A stretch of 64,000 nt of DNA. It comes from Desulfobacterales bacterium. Its GTDB lineage: Bacteria > Desulfobacterota > Desulfobacteria > Desulfobacterales > UBA2174. Positions 9,265 through 20,300 of the stretch are shown here, piece by piece. Made by a program: the position numbers and the translations under genes. The notes below the pieces were generated by a model, which saw only the letters and a program-made list of their open reading frames with translations, was not told the origin of the DNA and searched no databases. Location of the stretch: NCBI GenBank assembly GCA_963668645.2, contig CAXXWC010000013.1:1-64000 (forward strand), in the 5' to 3' direction. Each line of letters opens with the position of its first letter. The first letter of the stretch is position 1.

Positions 9265-10505
9265 TCTTATTTGAAGATATCCCCTATGGCTCGGAACGGA
9301 TGGGCATCATCTGGACCCTGGGCGAAGTGGCAGGCGCCTGCATGCTCGAGTTCGGCCCGGAAGGGTCGACCCATTACGCCGCCGCCCAGCACGGCACCTA
9401 CAACGGCAAACTGCGCGCATCTTTGTTCACCACCGGCTTGAGCGAAAGAGAAGTCGTTTTCGGTGATCCGGGGATCCTTGAAAAGAGCGTTCGCGAGCTG
9501 ATTGATACGCACCGCCCCTCCCATCTTTTCGTGGTGCCCTCTGCCGTATGCCAAATCATCGGAATGGATCTGGACGGGCTCTGCCTCGGTTTGAGCCGGG
9601 AATCGGACACCCGGGTCCTCAGCATCGGCGGCAGCGGTATTGACGCCGGTTATACCGCCGGGGTCGAGCGGGTGTTGTCCCTGCTGGCCGAACACGTGGT
9701 GTGCCAGCCGTCCGGGGTGGATGCCGGGACGTATAATGTCATCGGCTCCGGCATGGATTGGTACAATTACCAGGCCGACCTGAACGAAATTGAACGTCTG
9801 ATGGCAGGGGCCTTCGGCCTTGGGGCCAAAACGGTCTTTACAACGGGAACCTCGATGAAAGACTTGATGGCTGCCGGAGAAGCCGCCTGCAACATCGTGA
9901 TCAGAAAAGAGGGGCTCGCCTGCGCAAAGCGCCTGGAACAGCGCTTTGGACAACCCTATTTTTATGGCACCCCCTATGGGCTTAAAGGGACGATCGCGTG
10001 GCTCGACGCGGTGGGCGCAATGATCCGCGCGGCACCCTCGGCTGATTTTATCGAAAAAGAGACCCTTGAAGTCAACACCTTAAAAGAGAGGCTGGATTAC
10101 CACCGGAGAATGTCAAGGTCCACCAATGCTTCCGTGGTGATGGCCGGCAACTATGACCTGCTCAAATACTGCGGTCCGTTTATCCGTGATGAACTGGATT
10201 TTCAAATCAAAGGATCCGTTCTGACCCACCCGGTAAAGGCGCAAGAGGAGGACGAGCTCCTGTTTTTCCGGAATGACAGCGCAAAGTACACCCATATCGC
10301 CGCCCAGTGCCCGGATTTTCTCCTGGCCGATGCCGTCACCCTGCGGCATTTCAGCGGGCAGATCCCCGGTATCCAGGTATCCAATCCCAACCTGGGTGCC
10401 ATGCGGTTATACAAGCATACTCCTTTTATGGGATTTCGCGGTGCCCAGGTCCTCATCCAGGAACTGGCGAATTTGGCGTTAAAGCCGACAACCGTTAGCC
10501 GATAA
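9261..10505 (+). CDS. Nitrogenase component 1-like subunit (NflK/BchB-like)
   Basis: EFGPEGSTHY, LSEREVVFG, IIGMD, YNVIG...DLNEIERL, TPYGLKGT, PFMGFRGA; overlaps the previous stop (ATGA). Confidence 0.85.
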   Translation: MILFEDIPYGSERMGIIWTLGEVAGACMLEFGPEGSTHYAAAQHGTYNGKLRASLFTTGLSEREVVFGDPGILEKSVRELIDTHRPSHLFVVPSAVCQIIGMDLDGLCLGLSRESDTRVLSIGGSGIDAGYTAGVERVLSLLAEHVVCQPSGVDAGTYNVIGSGMDWYNYQADLNEIERLMAGAFGLGAKTVFTTGTSMKDLMAAGEAACNIVIRKEGLACAKRLEQRFGQPYFYGTPYGLKGTIAWLDAVGAMIRAAPSADFIEKETLEVNTLKERLDYHRRMSRSTNASVVMAGNYDLLKYCGPFIRDELDFQIKGSVLTHPVKAQEEDELLFFRNDSAKYTHIAAQCPDFLLADAVTLRHFSGQIPGIQVSNPNLGAMRLYKHTPFMGFRGAQVLIQELANLALKPTTVSR

Positions 10506-10608
10506 CGCATAGAACCGTTGGTTCTGGCGGGATGTTCGTGCCTGGTCGCTGAAAGCAAGTGGACAAGCGGCTCCACGAAAACCGGTACAAATCCATCGCA
10601 GTTCGCTG

Positions 10609-11031
10609 TCAGTCTGCCGGTGCGCCATCTGCGCCCTGGGCCTGCGGGAACCCGAGTTCCGATTCGGCGGTGATGGTGATGCCGCCGCGGGCTTTTTGAA
10701 AGACGGTGACCTTGATCCATTTGGGCCGGACGGCGGCGGCCACGTCGGCGGCGACGCGGGCCGCCAGGGCCTCGCAGAAGTGGCCTTCGTTGCGAAAACT
10801 CCAGAAGTAGAGCTTGAGACTCTTGCTTTCCAGGCACAGCGGGCCGGGGATAAATTCGATGCGCACCCGCTCCCAGTCCGGCTGGCCGGTGACCGGACAG
10901 AGGCTGGTCACCTCATCGCTTTCCATCACCACCCGGGTGACCCCGGCAGGGGTCGGAAAGGTTTCCAGCCGGCGCAGCGGCTCGCTTACACGCTGGCCGA
11001 GGGCCTGGAATCGGCTCGGACTCGAATCCAT
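10609..11031 (-). CDS. queF: preQ0 reductase QueF (short form)
   Basis: EVTSLCPVTGQPD, LESKSLKLY, ARGGI. Confidence 0.93.
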   Translation of the reverse strand: MDSSPSRFQALGQRVSEPLRRLETFPTPAGVTRVVMESDEVTSLCPVTGQPDWERVRIEFIPGPLCLESKSLKLYFWSFRNEGHFCEALAARVAADVAAAVRPKWIKVTVFQKARGGITITAESELGFPQAQGADGAPAD

Positions 11032-11741
11032 GCGCTTTCTCCACGAAAAGGGTTGTAGCTGATGCCGTCGTCAAAGACGTCCAGGCCTTCGGCGCGCTTG
11101 AACCGGCGCACCACCGCATAGGTCAGGGGGGTGCACAGGGCCTCGTAGCCCACCTTGAAAAGGTACTGGGCCCCCATCATGCCGGCCAGCACGGGCCAGG
11201 GGATGAGGCCGGCAAAGGCCACCGTCAGAAAGATGCCGGTATCGGCGGCCTGGCCGACGAGGGTGGAGCCGATGGTGCGGGACCACAGGTGCCGGCCCCG
11301 GGTGATCCGTTTGAGCACCGACAGGACAAAGGCGTTGAGAAATTCGCCGCACCAGAATGCCGTCAGGCTGGCCAGCACCACCCGCGGGGCCTGCCCCAGG
11401 ACCAGGGCGTAGGCGGACCGGTGCTCAAAAAAAACCGGCGCCGGCAAAGCGACGGTCAGCAGGGCGAATCCGGCCATCAGACAGTTGGCGGCAAAGCCGG
11501 CCCAGATGACCAGCCGCGCGCGCCGGTAGCCGTACACCTCGGTGCACACGTCGCCCAGGATGTAGGTGATGGGGAAGATTAGGACCGCGGCCGGCAGCAC
11601 CACCCCGGCGATCTCGATCAGACGCCCGGCGATGAGGTTCGAGATCAGCAGGCAGGCTACGAAGATGGCGGTCAGAAAAACGAAGCGGCTGGAATGGCTA
11701 CCCGCGCTGGGCGCGCAGGCAGCGTCGGTAATGGAAGACAT
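10986..11741 (-). CDS. yhhQ: Queuosine precursor transporter (YhhQ/VUT family)
   Basis: ISNL, FPITYILGDVCTEVYG, RTIGSTLVGQAADT, YNPF; adjacent to queF. Confidence 0.9.
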   Translation of the reverse strand: MSSITDAACAPSAGSHSSRFVFLTAIFVACLLISNLIAGRLIEIAGVVLPAAVLIFPITYILGDVCTEVYGYRRARLVIWAGFAANCLMAGFALLTVALPAPVFFEHRSAYALVLGQAPRVVLASLTAFWCGEFLNAFVLSVLKRITRGRHLWSRTIGSTLVGQAADTGIFLTVAFAGLIPWPVLAGMMGAQYLFKVGYEALCTPLTYAVVRRFKRAEGLDVFDDGISYNPFRGESAWIRVRADSRPSASV

Positions 11742-11747
11742 TGCAGG

Positions 11748-11783
11748 CTCCTATTTTGGTAAGGCGGGTGGTTTTCGACCGCC
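11748..11783 (-). ncRNA. Probable preQ1 class I riboswitch
   Basis: GGCGG-UCGAAAACCAC-CCGCC-UUACCAAAAUAGGAG: 5-bp stem, U...C loop, A-rich tail running into the yhhQ RBS. Confidence 0.72.
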
Positions 11784-11867
11784 ATGATTGATGGGCAGGG
11801 TCCCTACCATGCCGGGAAATCGGCGTCAAGGGCGGCTTGAGAGGTTCGGTGAGACGGTCAGGTTTGA

Positions 11868-12757
11868 GCCATTTTGCCGGGTTTGGTCTTTTCGATGGTA
11901 AGGGGTGTTGTGACCGCCGTCAGCCCCCCGGCCGCCCCCGCCGCTCGGGCGCGCAAACTCAGACCCAAGGGCGCGTTGACCGGCAGCCACAGAAAAACGG
12001 CCGACAGCGGATGGGGCCAGAGAACAGGGGAAGCCCCAGCGAAATGACGCGGTTGCACGAGGCGGCCCGGGGGTGATCCTGGCGGCCGATCCGGAACTGT
12101 CTGAGGCCGTTAGTGCCCGTTGGTCCGGACCGCTGAACCTGCCTGCGGTAGATCCTAATGATTGCCGGCAGCTACGATTCGATGTCCCGATGACGGGACC
12201 GGTCCGGTCCTACGGTCACTTGGGGCCGAGTTTTTCGGGCGGACGCGAGGGTTATCCCCGGGACGCCGTTTCCCGCTCGAAGCCTCTATCCTTTTTTTCG
12301 CCATTTTGCCGGATCTGGTCTTTTCGATGGAGCGGGGGTGTTGTGACCGCCGTCAGCCTCCCGGCCGCCCCCGCCGCTCGGGCGCACAAACTCAGACCCA
12401 AGGCCGCGTAAGCCGCGACACTGGCTCAAACCGTTTTACACAACGTTGAGGTTTATCGTCCTCACCCAACTCCGAAGAAGAATCAGGAAATACTGCCGTG
12501 TCGCGGCAACGCGCCCTAAGGTCTTCAGACAGTGCGCGCCTGTCGCTGTGCCGGGACCGCCCGTGCGTCTGCCGGCTGGCTCGGCGCGTTGACCGGCAGC
12601 CATAGAAAAACGGCAGACAGCGGATGGGTCCAGAAAACAGGGGAAGCTCCAGCGAAATGACGTGGTTGCAGGAGGCGGCCCGGGGGTGATCCTGGCGGCC
12701 GAGTTTTTCGGGCGGACGCGAGGGTTATCCCCGGGCCGCCGTTCCCCGTTCGAAGCT
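11868..12757. repeat. Two-copy composite intergenic repeat (REP/MITE-like)
   Basis: Block A ~11868-11970 and ~12300-12403; block B ~11970-12089 and ~12583-12702; block C ~12224-12283 and ~12697-12757. Confidence 0.85.
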
Positions 12758-12866
12758 TCTGACTTCTCTTCCGTTTTTCTGCCGATTTGAATGAGCCGTT
12801 CATAAAGACACCCCTTGCGGCCAAGAACCTCCCGTTTTCACCGCTGAATTCAGATCGCGGAACGAC

Positions 12867-12920
12867 TTGACCCCCAAGGCCCCGTGGTTATGTTCGCATC
12901 ATGAAATTCAGCCTGAATTT
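12867..12920 (+). promoter_or_regulatory. Putative clpB promoter with downstream palindrome
   Basis: TTGACC-N16-TATGTT, then AAATTCAG-C-CTGAATTT (12904-12920). Confidence 0.45.
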
Positions 12921-12961
12921 TAAAAATTTATTTTAAATATAAACTAAGACGAGGAGATTCG

Positions 12962-15541
<2,580 letters not shown>

Positions 15542-15641
15542 TCCGCCAGAGCCGCTTGACGCATGAACACGATGTCGTCAGGGCGTGCCCCAGTCGGGCA
15601 CGTCCTTGATGACATCGATCCTCAGATGGGAAACCGACCCT

Positions 15642-17141
15642 TCAGCCGGGCTCTTCACCGTCACCTTCCTCCAGGCCTGCGATGTACTTCTTGACGGTGC
15701 GCCGGTCAAGATTGGTGCGCCGGGCCACCTCCTCGAAGGTGCCGTGGCGCCGGTAGAGCAGGGTGCAGTAGCCGGCCACCAGGTCCTGACTCGAAATCGT
15801 TCCCGCGCAAACGGCCTCGGCCAACCGCTGTTCCAGGTCGGTTTCGGCCCGGGGCAGATCACCGGCATAGCTCGATCGCAGCAGGATACGCCGCACGCAC
15901 TGTTCCAGCTCCCGCACGTTCCCCGGCCAGGCATAGTCCAGTCCCAACTGCTGCTCGATGGTCTCGCGAACCAGGGCCGCCAGTTCCGGTGAGGGCCGGC
16001 CCAGCATGCGCTCCAGGGTAAAGGCGATCAGGTCGTCCAGCTCCCCCGGGTCCTCGGCGATGCGGTGTCTGAGGGGCGGCACGGTGATCATGTCCGAGCA
16101 GAGGCGGTAGTAAAAATCGTCGCGGAACAGGCCCCGTTGGCGCAGTTCGCCGATGGGCCGGTTGGTGGCGGCGATCACGCGCCCCTCAAAGCGGCTGGGT
16201 TCATGGCTTCCCACCGGGGTGAAGAGCCTTTCCTGAAGCACCTGGAGCAGCTTGATCTGGATATGGACCGGCACTTCGCCGATCTCGTCGAGCAGGATGG
16301 CCCCGAAAGGGCTGCACCGCTCCAACACCCCGCTGTAGTTTTTCACCGCTCCGGTAAAGGCGCCCTTCTTGTGACCGAAAAGTTCCGACTCGATCAGGGT
16401 TTCGGGAAACTGGGAAAGGTTGAGGGAAACGAAACTGCGGCTGAAGCTTTCCTCGAAACAGCGTTTTTTTTCGTTGAAGGGGATGAACCCCGAACGGCCG
16501 ATGGCCATGGCGGCCGCTCCCTTGCCGGTGCCGGTCTCACCCAGCAGGAGGGTGGAAAAATCCTCCATGCGGTTCCACAGATAGCGGTCGTAGAGGTCCA
16601 GGTTGTGGGTGAAGACGTTTTCCCACAACTCGCGCCGGAGCCGGCGCATGGCCGGGCTGCGGCCCACCAGGTGGCGGAAAATAAAAAAGTAGGCCCGCCG
16701 CAGTTGGTAGCTCAAAGCGAAGTAGCGCCGCGTGTCGGCTTCCGAAAAGCCGCGCCGCGTCATCAGGTGGTAGGCTTCCGGAGCGAAGGAGACCCGAACC
16801 GGAGTGTCGCCGGCCTGGATCTGGTCGGTGATTAGCTGGTCCAGCTTCTTGCGCAGGGCGTAGAAAAACTCGAAGAGAAAGGCCGCCTGCACCAGGCGCC
16901 GGTCCTCGCCCTCATAACGGCTCTGATCGGCACGATTTTCCGCTTCCAGGGTCGCAATATGGCCCGCCACCGCTTCGATCGCCCTGGCGGTGCGTTCGGA
17001 CCGGGTGGCATCCGGGTAGAGCCCGGCGATCTGCAGCTCGATGTCCTCGCGCTCCCGGCCAAAGGGATTGGTCACCCCGGCCTGGTAGACCAGGGTGAAA
17101 AAGTCGCGCTCTGCGGTGGTAAGTTTCGGTGCTTTCTCCAT
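15642..17141 (-). CDS. Sigma-54-dependent activator with unrecognised N-terminal domain
   Basis: GETGTGK, ESELFGHKKGAFTGA, LLDEIGE, WPGNVREL, C-terminal HTH; start taken at MEKAPK. Confidence 0.92.
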   Translation of the reverse strand: MEKAPKLTTAERDFFTLVYQAGVTNPFGREREDIELQIAGLYPDATRSERTARAIEAVAGHIATLEAENRADQSRYEGEDRRLVQAAFLFEFFYALRKKLDQLITDQIQAGDTPVRVSFAPEAYHLMTRRGFSEADTRRYFALSYQLRRAYFFIFRHLVGRSPAMRRLRRELWENVFTHNLDLYDRYLWNRMEDFSTLLLGETGTGKGAAAMAIGRSGFIPFNEKKRCFEESFSRSFVSLNLSQFPETLIESELFGHKKGAFTGAVKNYSGVLERCSPFGAILLDEIGEVPVHIQIKLLQVLQERLFTPVGSHEPSRFEGRVIAATNRPIGELRQRGLFRDDFYYRLCSDMITVPPLRHRIAEDPGELDDLIAFTLERMLGRPSPELAALVRETIEQQLGLDYAWPGNVRELEQCVRRILLRSSYAGDLPRAETDLEQRLAEAVCAGTISSQDLVAGYCTLLYRRHGTFEEVARRTNLDRRTVKKYIAGLEEGDGEEPG

Positions 17142-17267
17142 GCACCCGATGTAACCCAAGTGTACATCGGATGTCCAATTCGATTTGAGTCTGAATTTGC
17201 CTTCAGTGGCGGCATTGCAAGCGATTTGTCTTCTGATGCCGGCCGGTTGGGCGTTGTGAGGACAGTC

Positions 17268-17283
17268 TGGCACGAAGGTTGAA
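17268..17283 (+). promoter_or_regulatory. Sigma-54 (-24/-12) promoter of the PKS
   Basis: TGGCACGAAGGTTGAA versus consensus TGGCAC-N5-TTGCW (one mismatch), ~105 nt upstream of the PKS and next to a divergent activator. Confidence 0.7.
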
Positions 17284-17387
17284 ATGATTTGGGCCGCCGG
17301 CATCCGGCATCAGCTCATCGCGTCCTACAGGATCTGTCAATTGCGCCCTTATTAAGACCGCGCCAATCCAATCGCGAAACAGGAGTT

Positions 17388-20300
17388 ATGATAACGATGT
17401 TCAAACGGATCGTTTGCGCCAAGCTTCCCCTCATCGTCTACAATCCCCCGGCCGTGGCTTCGGTCGATTATCTGGCGGCCGTTCACCGGGCCGGGGCCCT
17501 GCCGGTTCTGGACGCCGAGTTTCTGGACGCCGCCGTCGTGCTGGCGGCGGCGGCAGAACTGTCGGCGCGCCGGGTCGTCTTCGGCCTGCGCCTCCTGGTC
17601 CACCAGCAGGATCTGCTGGCGCGGCTGCGCCAGGCGCCTCCCCAGGGGCTCGACACCCTGGTGATCGCCTATCGCCGTCCCGAGGAGTTGGCGGGTCTGG
17701 ATCTTCACGACACCCCCTGGCACCGTTTGGTCGAGGTGCGCGACCTGGAGCTGGAGGACGTTCTGGCCCCCCTGGATCCCCATGGCCTGATCGTGCGCGG
17801 CCGCGAGGCCCCCGGACGGGTGGCGCCCGTTTCCAGCTTCGTGCTGATGCAGGCCTATCTTGCCACCGGCACCCGGCCGGTAGTGGTTCACGGCGGCGTG
17901 GGATGGTTTACCGCCGCCGGGCTGCTGGCCGCCGGGGCCAGCGGGCTGGTGCTGGACGACCAGCTCTACCTTTGCCCCGAAAGCCCCTTGGCGCCCAAGT
18001 TCAAGGCCCTCATGGCCCGCCTGGAGGAAAAGGACTCCGTGGTCCTCGACGCCGGCCGGGAGGGCGGCTGCCGGGTCTTCGGGCAGTTGGGTACCCGCAT
18101 CGTCAAGGAGTTGAAGTTGCTGGAGGCCGAGGCGGCCGAGGATGCCGGCGCTGCCGAACGTCTGGAACAGACCCTGGCCGAAGAGGTCACGGCCCTGGAC
18201 GATGCCGCCGCCGATCCGGCCCAGAGCCTCTTTCCCCTGGGCCAGGATGCGATTTTTGCCAAGTATTTCGCCGCCCGGGGCGACGACCTGAACGCAATCG
18301 TGCAGGCCTTTTGCACCGGCACCGGCCAGCGTCTGGCCGCCATCGACACGGACGATCCCATCGTGGCGGACAGCCCCCTGGCCCGGGCCCACGGCACCCG
18401 CTATCCCATCGTCCAGGGGCCCATGGCCAACGTGAGCGACAAGGGGGCTTTTGCCAGAGCCGTGCTGGAGGCCGGGGCCCTGCCGTTTATGGCTATCGGC
18501 AACCTGCCGCCCCACCTTTCCGAAGCCATGCTCACCGACGAAGCCGCCGGCGTGCCGCGCTTCGGGGTCGGGCTGATCGGCATCGAAGCCCTGAACCACG
18601 GCCTGCCGGAGCACCTGGAACAGGTGCGCCGCCACCGGGTCTCCTTCGCTTTGATCGCCGGGGGGCTGCCGGCCCAGGTGCGGGCCCTGGAGGCCGACGG
18701 GATCTGCACCTACCTGCACACGCCATCGGTAGCCATGCTGGAAAACGCCATCGCCGGCGGGTGCCGCCGTTTTATCTTCGAAGGGGCCGAGGCCGGCGGG
18801 CATGTGGGCCACCTTTCCAGCCTGGTGCTCTGGGACCTGGCCACCGCCCGCCTGGCGGATCAGGACGATGAGACCCTGGCCGGCCAGACCCTGATTTTCG
18901 CCGGGGGCATCGGCACCGAGTTCGGCTCCCATTTCATCTCGGGACTGGCCAGCCACCTGGCCCGGCGCGGGGCCAAGATCGGCATCCAGATCGGCAGCGC
19001 CTACCTGTTCACCGAGGAGATCGTGGCCACCGGCGCCATCACGGTCCTCTACCAGAAGGTGGTCTGCCGCGAGCGGGGCACCCTGGTGATGGGGCACACC
19101 GTGGGGCTGGCGGCCCGTACCGTGCCGTCGCCCTTTTCCCGGCGCATCGTGGCCGAAGAATTCCGGCGCCTGCGCGAGAACATGCCGCTGCAGGTGCGCA
19201 AGGAAGCCTTCGAGAAGGACAATATCGGGGCCCTGCTCATCGGGGCCAAGGCCTTCTGTCCGGACTTCGAGCGCATGGGCAAGGAGGCCGGCAAGGCCTG
19301 CTTCAATTACTTCGACGAGGAGGGCCAGTACCAGCGCGGCAACTTCATGGTGGGCGAAGCCCTGGCCTTTACTTCGGCCCCTTACACCCTTGCCGATCTG
19401 CACCACCGGCTGATGGGGGGCAAAGCGCTTCTTTACGACCGGCTCAACCGCCTGGAACTGGCCGGGGCCGCCGACGGCCAGCTCAACGACGAGATCGCCG
19501 TGGTGGGCATCGGCTGCATTTTGCCCGAGGCCGCCGATCCGCAGACCCTGTGGCAGATGATCCTGGAGCGGCGCTACACCATCGGGCCCATGCCGGCCGA
19601 GCGCCTGGATCCCGAGCTTTACTACAGTCCGGAGCGCAGCGCGGCGGACAAGTCCTACAGCGCCATCGGCGGGGTAGTGCATGATTTTACCTTCGACCAC
19701 GAGCGCTTCGGCTACACGCCCCAGAAGGCGGCCCGTCTGAGCCGCAGCCAGCAGATGGTGCTGGCCGCCGCCTACCAGGCTGTGGCCGATGCCGGCCGCC
19801 TGGACGGCGAGGACCGGCTCGAGGTCGGGCTGCGGCCGCGCACTTCGGTGATCGTGGGCACCTGCCTGGGCAACGAGCTGAGCAGCGCTTTGCACCTCAA
19901 GTACGCCCTGCCGGAAATCCGCGCCCACCTGGAGCAAATCGAGGCCTTCCAGGCCCTTTCGCCCGAAGAGCGGGAAACCCTGGTTCAAGCCTTGCGCGAG
20001 GGGCTGTTCAACGGCAGCCCCTACGAACCGGTCCACGGGGTGGCCCTGAACATGGAAGCGGCCCGCATCGCCCACCACCTGGGGGTGACGGGCCGCTCCT
20101 ACGCGGTGGACGCGGCTTGCGCCACCTCCCTGGCGGCCCTGGACTGCGGGGTCAAGGAGCTGTTGAGCGGGCTTTGCGATATGGCCGTGGTGGGCGGGGT
20201 CAACACCAACCTGGCGCCCGAATCCTTTGTCGGCTTTTGCAAGATGGGGGCCTTGTCCGGCACTGGGTCCTTTCCCTTCGACGAGCGGGCCGACGGATTT

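Noticed and set aside
7230..10505. True nitrogenase nifHDK
   Set aside because: Subunits are short, the K subunit lacks P-cluster Cys, no FeMo-co ligands are evident, nifB/nifEN are absent, and control is by a B12 riboswitch.
11868..12757. CRISPR array or protein-coding genes
   Set aside because: Repeats are 60-120 nt in two copies with no regular spacers or cas genes; ORFs there merely translate the repeats.
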